64,000 bases of DNA, taken from the NCBI GenBank assembly GCA_913054135.1, contig CAJXJK010000005.1:206925-270924 (forward strand). The letters run 5' to 3'. This document shows positions 15,946 to 25,349 of this stretch, piece by piece. The notes under the pieces are model-generated. The model saw only the letters and a list, made by a program, of their open reading frames with translations, was not told the DNA's origin and did not search any database. The position numbers were made by a program, and so were the translations under genes. Source of the DNA: an uncultured Flavobacteriales bacterium (lineage in GTDB: Bacteria > Bacteroidota > Bacteroidia > Flavobacteriales_D > Crocinitomicaceae). The stretch's first letter is position 1, and each line of letters begins with the position of its first letter.

Positions 15946-16488
15946 CTATTTCTTTTTCTTCTTTTTTTTCTTTCGGTTGAAATTCAATCCATCCACATCC
16001 CATTTTCGGTCGGTGACCAAAGTAAAACGAAGTCTTATAAAAAGTCCGTTTGTGTTTGTGAAAGTATCGCTTGGGGTTAAGATGTGGTATCCAGCCTGTA
16101 AATGAAAGCCAAAAAGGCGATATCCAATCATAGGTGATATGCCATATCTCGTTTCGTCAAAGTTCGTTCTCAAAACCAAACTAGCGCCAAAACTCATGTT
16201 CAGTCGGCCTTGTTTATACCAATAGCCGGTTTCAAAACCTAGGGCTGGTTCTTCCCATCCAAAATTCATCCCCAAATGAATGCCGTGAACACTAGCCTTT
16301 GTCAAAGAAATCTTCTTGAACATCATTTCAGATCCTAATTCAATTACTGAAGCTCGTCCTAACTCATATCCAATATAAGGTCCTACTTTTCTTACCGAGA
16401 TGTCAAGCGGTTTAATCTTGAGGCGATCATCTGCGAAAGCAGTTTGAACCCCTAGTGAGAAAATAAATATGAATAATAGATACTTCAT
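15946..16488 (-). CDS. Exported, probably small beta-barrel protein with poly-Lys tail
   Basis: Signal peptide; alternating aromatic/Gly beta-strand pattern; C-terminal NRKKKKKKK. Confidence 0.65.
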   Translation of the reverse strand: MKYLLFIFIFSLGVQTAFADDRLKIKPLDISVRKVGPYIGYELGRASVIELGSEMMFKKISLTKASVHGIHLGMNFGWEEPALGFETGYWYKQGRLNMSFGASLVLRTNFDETRYGISPMIGYRLFGFHLQAGYHILTPSDTFTNTNGLFIRLRFTLVTDRKWDVDGLNFNRKKKKKKKK

Positions 16489-16527
16489 TGCAAGAATAAC
16501 CCAAAGGTACTGAATGGTTTCATTTCA

Positions 16528-16761
16528 CTATGAATGAAGCTTCCATTTTGATTTGAGTTTATCTAGCTTTTTTTGATTCTCTAAATCTTCTTTTACTATG
16601 TATTCTTCTATGAATCCGCAGGTCACACAGACGTATGAGGCGATTAAAAATCGTCTTATTCCTCCGATATGCAAGCCCGAACGCTCGCCCTGTTTCATCT
16701 GATCTTCGTTGGTATATATTTCATGCCCATTGCATTTTGGACATTTCTTTGAGTTCTTCAT
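16528..16761 (-). CDS. Small zinc-ribbon protein
   Basis: CPKC...CVTCG knuckle pair in 77 aa. Confidence 0.7.
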   Translation of the reverse strand: MKNSKKCPKCNGHEIYTNEDQMKQGERSGLHIGGIRRFLIASYVCVTCGFIEEYIVKEDLENQKKLDKLKSKWKLHS

Positions 16762-16770
16762 TTTCTGATT

Positions 16771-19026
16771 TTAAGGTTGATTGAACTTTAGACCAATCAT
16801 ACATACATCATCAACTTGCTCTAAACTTCCTCGCCATTCTTCAAAGGTTTCATCCAGAATGATTTTCTGCTGGTTTAAAGGTTCTTTTTGGATTCTCAAA
16901 AGTAATTCGCGTAATGCTTTGGCTCTAAATTTTTTACCTTTTTCACCACCAAATTGATCTACATATCCATCTGAAAAAATGTAAATACAGTCACCATTTT
17001 CTAAAGTGACCTCATGATTGCTATAAGGGCTTGCATTATCGTATTTTCCAATTGGCTGTTTATCTGCTTTGATTTCAATTATTTCATTTTTTCTAATTAT
17101 CCAAAGAGGATTATTAGCTCCGGCATATTCAAGCTTATTGTTTTCAATAGCGCATAAGGCAATGTCCATTCCGTCTTGAACTTCTTCATCACTCTTTTCA
17201 AATTCTTGAATTACAATTTCTCTGGCTTTATCCAATATCATGCTGGGTTTAACCAAGTTGTGTTCACGCACTGCTCTGTTAAGCGCGTTATTGCACACCA
17301 CACTCACCATGGCTCCTGGTACTCCATGACCTGTGCAATCGGCAGCCGCAAATACTACTTTACCATTTTTCTCTTCTAGCCAATAAAAATCTCCAGCTAC
17401 TATGTCTTTTGGTTTGTAAAGAACGAATGAATTTGGCAAATGCTTTTCAATAATGTGATTTGGAGGAAGAATGGCAGATTGAATTCGTTTTGCATATTTT
17501 ATTGAATCCAATATTTCGTTATTCTTTTCTTCTAATTCACCATGTGCATGTTCTACTCTTTCTTTTTGAAGTTCTACTTCTGATTTTTGAGCTTCAATTA
17601 CTGATTTCTGTTTTCGAGTAATTTTTAATCGATTAAACACAAAAAATAGAAATCCTGCGATTAGAATCATACCAATAAATGCTGCGTATTTTAAGACTTC
17701 AGCTTTCTTTTTTGCTTCTTGTTCTATGCTCAATTCTTTGTCATGTTGAATATCATCAATCGCTTTTTTCTTCTCGTATGCATATTTAGCTTCTAGGTTC
17801 GCGCTCGCTTTTTGAGTGGCCTCATTGTTCAAGCTGTCTCGCATTTCAATTTGCAATTTGTACATCTCAAGGGCTCTCATGCCATTTGACTCGTGTTCGT
17901 ATAGCTTGCTCAATAATTCAGCTGAAGATTGTATTTTTTCTGGAAATCCAATGATTTGACTGAGTTCAAAACTTCTTTCTGCATGTCGTTTGGCGAGTTT
18001 CATTTTATTGAGTTGAAATTCAACTGTACCTAGATTAGTGAGCACCATAGATTGCCCTTCAATGTCTCCAATTTCTTCATAAAGTGTTAGGGCTTGTTCA
18101 TAGTATCTGACAGCTTCATCTATATCTCCTGATTCTTTAGAAGCAAAGGCCAAATTATTTAAAGAGTAGGCTTGCCCTCCTTTGTCTCCAATTTCTATTT
18201 GGATCTCTTGAGAAAGATTGAGATAGTGAAGAGCTTCAAAATAATTGTCTTGTTGAATTCGAACGTATCCAATGTTATTTAGAGACATTGCTTCACCAAA
18301 CTTATCTTCTATTTCAGTTCGCAATGACAAAGCCATTTCATGATATTCAATTGACTTTTCGTATTCGCCTTGACTTTCGTAAACTGTACCAATATTGTTG
18401 TAAGTATAAGCCAAGCCTTCTTTGTCGTTAATATGCTTACGAAGGTTTACCGTCTTGTCAAAAATCTCTAATGCTTTCGGAATATCTCCCTTATTCAAAT
18501 AGATTCCACCAATGTTATTGAGCAAAATGGCTGTTCCTTCAATGTCTTGATGTGCAATATGAATATCCATTGCCTGTTTGTAATAGTCGAGGGCTAATTC
18601 AATTTCCCCTGTTAATTCATAGACGCCTGCAATATTGTTGAGCACAACTGCCATTTCGTTTGAATTGTCATTCTCTTTGAGAAGGTCTAAAGATTTAAAA
18701 TGATAACTAAGTGAAAGATCGCTTTCGCCAATTACGAAGTTTAAATAACCTAACCAGCCATAGCCTTCAGCTTGTCCTGATTCGTAATTGTTTTGCTCGG
18801 CTAGTTTTACAGCATGGGTGCAAATTTCAATCGCGGTATCAATTTTGGTTTGATAATAATAAAGAGCTAAGTAATAACAAGAGTTAACTTGAATAGTGTC
18901 GTGATACTGCTCGCCTAAAATGATTGACTTTAAACTGTCTACGCTCTTTTTTTCTTGCTTGTCGAATGATTGAGCGTAACTCAAATTCGTGAGGCAAATA
19001 AGAATGAAAAGGGCAATGCGTCTCAT
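16771..19026 (-). CDS. TPR-sensor / TM / PP2C (SpoIIE/RsbU-like) phosphatase
   Basis: Signal peptide; tandem TPRs (LNNIGxVY); one TM; coiled coil; PKDIVAGDFYW, AAADCTGHGVPGAMVS, DGMD, FSDGYVDQFGG, DDVCMIG. Confidence 0.9.
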   Translation of the reverse strand: MRRIALFILICLTNLSYAQSFDKQEKKSVDSLKSIILGEQYHDTIQVNSCYYLALYYYQTKIDTAIEICTHAVKLAEQNNYESGQAEGYGWLGYLNFVIGESDLSLSYHFKSLDLLKENDNSNEMAVVLNNIAGVYELTGEIELALDYYKQAMDIHIAHQDIEGTAILLNNIGGIYLNKGDIPKALEIFDKTVNLRKHINDKEGLAYTYNNIGTVYESQGEYEKSIEYHEMALSLRTEIEDKFGEAMSLNNIGYVRIQQDNYFEALHYLNLSQEIQIEIGDKGGQAYSLNNLAFASKESGDIDEAVRYYEQALTLYEEIGDIEGQSMVLTNLGTVEFQLNKMKLAKRHAERSFELSQIIGFPEKIQSSAELLSKLYEHESNGMRALEMYKLQIEMRDSLNNEATQKASANLEAKYAYEKKKAIDDIQHDKELSIEQEAKKKAEVLKYAAFIGMILIAGFLFFVFNRLKITRKQKSVIEAQKSEVELQKERVEHAHGELEEKNNEILDSIKYAKRIQSAILPPNHIIEKHLPNSFVLYKPKDIVAGDFYWLEEKNGKVVFAAADCTGHGVPGAMVSVVCNNALNRAVREHNLVKPSMILDKAREIVIQEFEKSDEEVQDGMDIALCAIENNKLEYAGANNPLWIIRKNEIIEIKADKQPIGKYDNASPYSNHEVTLENGDCIYIFSDGYVDQFGGEKGKKFRAKALRELLLRIQKEPLNQQKIILDETFEEWRGSLEQVDDVCMIGLKFNQP

Positions 19027-19105
19027 ATGTTAAAAGTACTTATAATGTAGGGAATATTTTTTTCATATAAATAATGCATTCTCTACCTTTGCACAAAATT
19101 TTAAT

Positions 19106-19651
19106 ATGAGTAGTTCACATCCTTGGCATTCAGTATCGGTAGGAGACAACCCACCACATAGCGTGAATGGGATAATCGAGATTCCAAAAAACACCAGAGC
19201 AAAATATGAGATTGATAAAGAATCGGGTCTTTTAAAGCTAGACAGAGTATTGTTCTCGGCTATGCATTACCCAGTTAATTATGGGTTTATCCCACAGACT
19301 TATTGTGATGACAATGACCCTCTTGATATTTTGATCTTATCACAAATTACTGTGGTACCATTATGTATTGTTTCGGCAAAACCAATTGGCGTAATGAGAA
19401 TGTCTGATGGAGGAGAAGGAGATGATAAAATCATTGCGGTGGCTGAGCATGATGTAAGTGTCAATCACATTAATGATATGTCAGAATTGCCAGAGCACTT
19501 TTTTAAAGAGATCAGAAATTTCTTTGAAGATTACAAAAAGCTAGAAAACAAATCAGTTGATGTTGAGCATTTTTATGGAGCAGATGTAGCAAGAAATGTG
19601 ATTGAACAAAGCATGATTGACTACAAGAAATTGATGGAATCAGAGTCTTAA
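19106..19651 (+). CDS. ppa: Inorganic pyrophosphatase, family I
   Basis: [47 protein letters not shown]; TACCTTTG -7 element upstream. Confidence 0.93.
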   Translation: MSSSHPWHSVSVGDNPPHSVNGIIEIPKNTRAKYEIDKESGLLKLDRVLFSAMHYPVNYGFIPQTYCDDNDPLDILILSQITVVPLCIVSAKPIGVMRMSDGGEGDDKIIAVAEHDVSVNHINDMSELPEHFFKEIRNFFEDYKKLENKSVDVEHFYGADVARNVIEQSMIDYKKLMESES

Positions 19652-19950
19652 CCAAATGGCCATTTAGGCGGGTTCATGATGAGTTTTGAATCCTGAATAA
19701 TCATGAAGATTCCAAAGCCGGCACTCAAAATAAATAGAATCCACCCAGCAATTTGTCGACCTTTTGAGATCGGAGGATTCAACATTTTGATTCCGCTTAA
19801 TCCTAAAGTCAATCCTAGAAGAATAAATCCAATTTGGATGGCAAAAGATACATTTTCCATAAATCCCCACACGCCTTTAACGTAGCACCAAACACTGAGT
19901 GATGTTTGTGCAAGAATTAGAATTAGGAAAAGAGGTTTCAAAAATTTCAT
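19648..19950 (-). CDS. Hypothetical three-TM membrane protein
   Basis: 100 aa with three hydrophobic segments; convergent overlap with the ppa stop. Confidence 0.6.
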   Translation of the reverse strand: MKFLKPLFLILILAQTSLSVWCYVKGVWGFMENVSFAIQIGFILLGLTLGLSGIKMLNPPISKGRQIAGWILFILSAGFGIFMIIQDSKLIMNPPKWPFG

Positions 19951-19989
19951 CTCTTAAAGATAATCTATATTTGTTGAATCAATTTCGGC

Positions 19990-20943
19990 ATGAGTATTAC
20001 ATTACTATCTTCTCCATTACAGGGTTTTACTGATTTCAGATTCAGAAATGCTCAACACAAATATTTTGGCGGAATTGACACTTATTTCGCTCCGTATATA
20101 AGGCTCAATGGTAAGCTTGATATAAAACCTGGATACCAAAGAGACCTAGACCCAAAGAACAACAAAGTACCTGTTCTTCATCCTCAAGTGATGACGAATG
20201 ACCCTGATGAATTTATGTTCGTGGTCAAATATGTACGGTCATTGGGGTATACTGAGTTGAATTGGAATTTGGGTTGTCCTTATCCAATGGTGACGAAAAG
20301 AGGAATGGGTTCTGGTTTAATTTGCGAGCCAGCTAAAATTGATGCCGTTCTCAAAAAAGTTCATAATGAATCAGACATTGTTGTGTCAATGAAAATGAGA
20401 ATGGGATATGAACATGCTGAAGAGATTCTAGATGTCTTTCCAATTCTGGATAAATATCCTATTAAAAATGTAGCCATTCATGCTCGGATTGGAAAGCAAT
20501 TGTATAAAGGTGGAGTTGATTTAGATTCATTTCAAAAATGTATTGATGCGAGCAATCACAAATTATATTACAATGGCGATATCACTTCTGTAGATGCCTT
20601 CAATGAAATGCAAGAACGATTTCCATCTATTGATCATTGGATGATTGGGAGAGCTTTGATTGCTGATCCTTTTTTGCCAACAATGATTAAAGAAAACTCT
20701 ATTCATTATCCTGAAAACAGAGTAGAGCTCTTTAGCTATTTTATTCAAGAGTTATTTGAAGGATATGCATCTGCCTTATCTGGTAAAAGTCATGTCTTAA
20801 CAAAGATGACATCCTATTGGGAATACTTTGCTCAAACATTTCCAGATCCACACAAAACCTATAAACGAATTAAAAAATCGAAATCAATAGATGCTTATCA
20901 TGAAGCGGTTCAGATTAATTTAGATACATTAGAAGTAAATTAA
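19990..20943 (+). CDS. tRNA-dihydrouridine synthase family protein
   Basis: SPLQGFTD, ELNWNLGCPYPMVTKRGMGSGL, VSMKMRMG, IHARIGKQLYKG, YNGDI, MIGRALIADPFL. Confidence 0.88.
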   Translation: MSITLLSSPLQGFTDFRFRNAQHKYFGGIDTYFAPYIRLNGKLDIKPGYQRDLDPKNNKVPVLHPQVMTNDPDEFMFVVKYVRSLGYTELNWNLGCPYPMVTKRGMGSGLICEPAKIDAVLKKVHNESDIVVSMKMRMGYEHAEEILDVFPILDKYPIKNVAIHARIGKQLYKGGVDLDSFQKCIDASNHKLYYNGDITSVDAFNEMQERFPSIDHWMIGRALIADPFLPTMIKENSIHYPENRVELFSYFIQELFEGYASALSGKSHVLTKMTSYWEYFAQTFPDPHKTYKRIKKSKSIDAYHEAVQINLDTLEVN

Positions 20944-20944
20944 G

Positions 20945-21142
20945 ATGTATCCCTATCACAACAAAATCAAGCAAAGAATCAATAACAAGGAGTTACTTTC
21001 TTACGAGTATGTAGAGAAGTATAAAAATATCTCACCTTGCCTATTGTTGCATTTTGAAACTGAGCCAAAAGTTAGACCCATTAGGGAACACAGGTTTGAG
21101 GAATATGAGAAGTTTTTTGCTGAAAATAGAGATTACAATTAG
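20945..21142 (+). CDS. Small hypothetical protein, paralog of 15007-15237
   Basis: 65 aa starting 1 nt after the dus stop; YHNKIKQRINNKEL...LLLHFETEPKVRPIREHRFEEY. Confidence 0.75.
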   Translation: MYPYHNKIKQRINNKELLSYEYVEKYKNISPCLLLHFETEPKVRPIREHRFEEYEKFFAENRDYN

Positions 21143-21289
21143 TTGATATTGTATTGGATAAAAAATTATCTTAAAAATTGCCAATATTACTTACCCACAT
21201 ACGTCTCTAACTCTAAACGTGGAAGGGTAACAATTTTCACCAAAATAGACATAGTTGTTAACTACCTTGTAAGAATTAAAAAAGCATTT

Positions 21290-21766
21290 ATGAGCAATTT
21301 AAATAAGATAGGATTAGACCAAGAAAAGAGTGCTGAACTAGTCAATCAGCTGAATGAATTACTTGCCAACTATTCCATTTTTTATCAAAATGTGAGAGGA
21401 TATCATTGGAATGTTTCAGGTAACAACTTCTTTGAATTACATGTTAAATTTGAAGAGCTTTATAATGATCTTTTTATAAAGATTGATGAAGTGGCAGAGC
21501 GAATTCTTACTCTTGGATCTCGTCCTTTACATAAATATTCAGATTACGCAGGAATATCCTTTATCAAAGAAAGTAATGAAGGAGCCAACGGATTAAACGC
21601 GGTTTCTGAAATTTTAGATGCTTTTCAAAATCTGATTTTAAAGCAAAGAGAGATATTAGATTTTGCCGGAGATTTGGGTGATGAGGGAACCAATGCATTG
21701 ATGAGTGATTACATCAGAGAACAAGAAAAATTAGTTTGGATGTATTCAGCTTATTTGGGAGAGTGA
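21290..21766 (+). CDS. dps: Dps family DNA-protecting ferritin-like protein
   Basis: GYHWNVSG.NFFELHVKFEELY, IDEVAERILTLG, EQEKLVWMYSAYL. Start reassigned to MSNLNKIG. Confidence 0.93.
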   Translation: MSNLNKIGLDQEKSAELVNQLNELLANYSIFYQNVRGYHWNVSGNNFFELHVKFEELYNDLFIKIDEVAERILTLGSRPLHKYSDYAGISFIKESNEGANGLNAVSEILDAFQNLILKQREILDFAGDLGDEGTNALMSDYIREQEKLVWMYSAYLGE

Positions 21767-22974
21767 TGAAATAGTATTTCATATGAGGTGCCGCTATCAT
21801 TTGAGGAGTTAACCATTAGGTTGGCATCAATTTGATCAGCTAAATCATTGATAAGCATGATGCCAATGGAATCACTTGATAATGAGGTGTCAAATCCATT
21901 TCCGTTATCTGAACAGCATAATTTAATTTTCTCATTAGATTCTGACAGCTGAATAGTAATGGTGCCTGATTTCTTATTGAGAAAGGCATGTTTGAGTGAA
22001 TTAACAATTATCTCATTCGCAACGAGTCCCAGGGGAACTGCAGTAGTGATGTCAACTGTGACATCCTCAGTGTTCATTATAAGTTTAAGATCAAAGTCAT
22101 CTTGCTTGTATGATTTGATGACATCTTCACATAGATTTATTAAGTAGTGATTAAAATTAATCTCATTCAAATTTCCAGAATTATAAAGGCTATCATGAAT
22201 CAGACTCATGCTTTTAAGTCGGTCTGAATTCTGTACTAAAATTTCAGAAGCCTCTTTATTCTTTGTCTGGTGAATTTGCAAGTTGGTGAGGCTTGTCATA
22301 ACAGCCAAGTTGTTTTTAACCCTGTGATGCACTTCGGCCAACAAAACATTTTTTTCAGAGATGTTTTTTTCAAGTTCGGCATTTGATTTTTTTAATTGAC
22401 GATTCGTAATGAAATAGCGATTGATGATTTGGAAATTCATAACCACTAAAAGAATTAATCCAATCACAAAATTAGACCTGAACAGAGCAGAAAGGGTAGG
22501 GAGCTCGAACGGGACAATTGGCTTTATCTGAAACTGCCCAATTGCAAGAGTTGCCGATATTGAAATGAGGACGGCGCCAAAGGTAAGTGCTAGCTGCTTT
22601 TTCTCACTTAGATCAAAAATACTCAGCATCAATATTGGTGCTAAAAAGTAATATAAATAGAAACCGCTTTGAAAGCCTATGTAGTAAGTTAGAAGAGGTA
22701 GAGCAAGAGCATAAATAAAGACGATAAAATACCTTGAAGCAGCAAGTTTACCAATGTAATTCAAGTAAAGAGAGCTACAAAGAACTATTTGAATAGCAAA
22801 GAAAACCCCTGTTATGGCATATTGGTTAATTGAAATAAAATATACCTCAAAAGGAATAGCAAAGAGGGTTGAAACAATCGCAAAACTATTCTGAATAATC
22901 AGAATATGGCTCTTAGAAGGGTCTTCATGACGAGCACCAATATTGAAGAGTTTTTTCAGTAATGACACGCCCAA
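21751..22974 (-). CDS. Membrane sensor histidine kinase (HisKA_2/HWE type)
   Basis: Several TM helices; LLAEVHHRVKNNL H-box; ANEIIVNSLKHAF; DNGNG; no cognate regulator adjacent. Confidence 0.88.
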   Translation of the reverse strand: MGVSLLKKLFNIGARHEDPSKSHILIIQNSFAIVSTLFAIPFEVYFISINQYAITGVFFAIQIVLCSSLYLNYIGKLAASRYFIVFIYALALPLLTYYIGFQSGFYLYYFLAPILMLSIFDLSEKKQLALTFGAVLISISATLAIGQFQIKPIVPFELPTLSALFRSNFVIGLILLVVMNFQIINRYFITNRQLKKSNAELEKNISEKNVLLAEVHHRVKNNLAVMTSLTNLQIHQTKNKEASEILVQNSDRLKSMSLIHDSLYNSGNLNEINFNHYLINLCEDVIKSYKQDDFDLKLIMNTEDVTVDITTAVPLGLVANEIIVNSLKHAFLNKKSGTITIQLSESNEKIKLCCSDNGNGFDTSLSSDSIGIMLINDLADQIDANLMVNSSNDSGTSYEILFHHSPK

Positions 22975-23149
22975 ATTTAGAGAAAATAAGGCATATCTGT
23001 GAAGTCGTTGGTTGCTAAGGGGTTGGGTTCTGTTGCCAAGCTCAACGCTAAGGTGCTCTTCATATTCGTATCAAGATTATTGATTAAAAACATCATGTAA
23101 TCAAACTTCCATCAGTTGCCTAATCGTTATTCTGACATAATTTGGCTTT

Positions 23150-23548
23150 ATGTTAGAATATAATATCTCAGGAACATCTGTGGCGCATACGAAGGCCGAA
23201 TTTGAAGTTAGAAATCATCTATATAAATTTGGAATCACTCCTGAAGACGATTCCGCTTCTCCTGCCGACCTATTAGTTGGGGCTTTTGCTGCTTGTGCAA
23301 TAAAGAATGTAGAGCGCTTTTCAAAAATGATGAAGTTCGAATATGAAGAAGCAAAAGTAGAGGTGAATGCAAAGCGACAAGATAAGCCACCCATGATTAA
23401 AGAGATCAACTTTGTTCTTAGTATAAAAAGTGATGATCCTAAATTAAACTTGCCATTACTTCAAAAGAATATTGAAAAGTTCGGAACTATATACAACACC
23501 TTAAATCAGGTTTGTGAAATTCGAGGAGAGTATAAGCTGATAGACTAA
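23150..23548 (+). CDS. OsmC family protein
   Basis: SPADLLVGAFAAC motif and OsmC-like length; the second Cys position reads KFGTIYNTL. Confidence 0.75.
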   Translation: MLEYNISGTSVAHTKAEFEVRNHLYKFGITPEDDSASPADLLVGAFAACAIKNVERFSKMMKFEYEEAKVEVNAKRQDKPPMIKEINFVLSIKSDDPKLNLPLLQKNIEKFGTIYNTLNQVCEIRGEYKLID

Positions 23549-23575
23549 TCTTTACTTTTGGTATATTCATCTCGT

Positions 23576-24157
23576 ATGTCCAAAAAAGAGATAAAGAGTT
23601 TTTGCCCAAAAGACAAAGAAGAATGGCGGCAATGGTTAAAGGAGAATCATAAAGTTGAAGATGCTGTTTGGTTAATCTCTTATAAAAAAAGTAGCCCAAA
23701 TCATAACTTAAGTTGGGGTGAAGCAGTTGATGCAGCTCTTTGTTATGGTTGGATAGATAGCGTCAAGAAGACAATCGATAAAGAACGCTACCAACAATAT
23801 TATTCAAAGCGAAAAGCAACAAGCACATGGTCAAAAGTCAACAAATTGAAAGTTGCCCAGTTCGAAAAAGAGGGCTTATTGACGCCCGCAGCATTAAAAA
23901 CCATTGAAGTTGCAAAAGAAAACGGAATGTGGACTATGTTAGATGCCGTTGAGGATCTGATAATTCCAGAAGACTTAGAAGATGCCTTTAAGAATCATTC
24001 CAACTCTAAAGATTATTTCTCGAGTTTAAGTAAATCAATGAAGAAGCAGTTGTTGTATTGGGTGGTATCTGCAAAACGATCTGAAACTAGAGCGAAACGA
24101 ATCAATGAGATTGCATCCAAGGCTTCTGAGGGTCAAAAACCAAAACAGTTCGTTTGA
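23576..24157 (+). CDS. YdeI/OmpD-associated family protein
   Basis: EWRQWL.ENH....VWL..YKK, ALCYGWIDS, RKATSTWSKVNK, IPEDLE.AF, SAKRSETRAKRI. Confidence 0.88.
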   Translation: MSKKEIKSFCPKDKEEWRQWLKENHKVEDAVWLISYKKSSPNHNLSWGEAVDAALCYGWIDSVKKTIDKERYQQYYSKRKATSTWSKVNKLKVAQFEKEGLLTPAALKTIEVAKENGMWTMLDAVEDLIIPEDLEDAFKNHSNSKDYFSSLSKSMKKQLLYWVVSAKRSETRAKRINEIASKASEGQKPKQFV

Positions 24158-24193
24158 CCACAACAAATTCATGTCTTTAAACGTTAAACAATT

Positions 24194-25192
24194 ATGGCGT
24201 TTTTCAAGAATGTAAGAAGATTACTGGGTGCGACTGTGTTGACGCTATTCTTCAGTTTGTTCTTGGGGTCATGCAACAAAGAGTATAACATCCCTATTCC
24301 ACAAACCGTTCAATTCGAACAAAACTTATCTGCCTACAACATTTTTCAAGGGGAGATGAAAAACCTAGTGCCTTCATCTGATTTTTATGAAATCGAATTA
24401 AGTTCAATCCTTTATTCGAATTATGCGAAAAAACAAAGGTTGATAATGGTTCCTTCTGGAACGATTGTCACTGAAAATGGTAATGGAATTCCTGTGTTTC
24501 CAGAAGGCTCAATTTTAGTGAAAACATTCTATTACTTTATAGATGAAACCAATGAAACCTTGGGTAAACAAATAATTGAGACAAGACTCTTAATAAAAGG
24601 TCAAGGTGAGTGGAACGTAGCTACTTACATTTGGAATGAAAATCAAACCGAAGCTACTCTAGAAAATAATGGACTAGACACACAGGTTGATTGGATAGAT
24701 GCAGCAAGTGATTCCAGATCAATTGATTATCATGTGCCTTCTCAAAATGAATGTGTTAAATGTCATCAAAGTGTTTCTGAAGTGATGCCGATTGGACCAT
24801 CATTGAGAAATTTGAATAGGGAGGTAGTTAGGAATTCAGTTACACTTAACCAGCTGCAACACCTGCAATCAGAAGGCGTATTAAACAGTTTTGATATTAG
24901 TGGAATTAGTTCAATTCCGGATTATAATGATTTGAGTGTTTCGCTTTCAGATAGAGGTAGAGCTTATATGGATATGAACTGTGCGAGCTGTCACAACCCT
25001 GATGGTTTGAGTGAGGCAGAGAAGAAAGGGTTTGATTTTAGATTTGAAACGGAACTAGGAGACACAAAAATTTTAAAGAAGAAAGACTTGATTATTGAGA
25101 TGATGGAAGAAGGCAGAATGCCAGATGTTGGTACTACCGTCATTGACCAAGAAGGATTAGATCTCATGAGAGAGTATATCAATAGTCTTTAA
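24194..25192 (+). CDS. Diheme c-type cytochrome lipoprotein (SO2930-like)
   Basis: Lipobox FLGSC; LYSNYAKKQRLI, FP.GSILVKTFYY, IETRLLI; CVKCH and CASCH heme motifs; RMP near the C-terminus. Confidence 0.75.
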   Translation: MAFFKNVRRLLGATVLTLFFSLFLGSCNKEYNIPIPQTVQFEQNLSAYNIFQGEMKNLVPSSDFYEIELSSILYSNYAKKQRLIMVPSGTIVTENGNGIPVFPEGSILVKTFYYFIDETNETLGKQIIETRLLIKGQGEWNVATYIWNENQTEATLENNGLDTQVDWIDAASDSRSIDYHVPSQNECVKCHQSVSEVMPIGPSLRNLNREVVRNSVTLNQLQHLQSEGVLNSFDISGISSIPDYNDLSVSLSDRGRAYMDMNCASCHNPDGLSEAEKKGFDFRFETELGDTKILKKKDLIIEMMEEGRMPDVGTTVIDQEGLDLMREYINSL

Positions 25193-25349
25193 TTTGCATA
25201 CTAGCAAAAATCTCATGCTTCTGCAGCTGAAGCCATCACCTCATTATCATTTACCAAAATGTATACGTCATATGAAAATGCGTATAAGAGAATAGAGCTT
25301 CTTCTTTCTGATCTTTGTACTGTTCTTATTAATCACAAAAAAATTAGAT

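Noticed and set aside
21251-21265. ATAG-N7-CTAC upstream of dps, an OxyR-like half site
   Set aside because: Only half of the ATAG-N7-CTAT-N7-ATAG-N7-CTAT pattern matches; too weak in AT-rich DNA.
23012-23045. TAAGGGGTTG upstream of osmC as a fifth ECF motif
   Set aside because: No GTC.TA second box at the required spacing.
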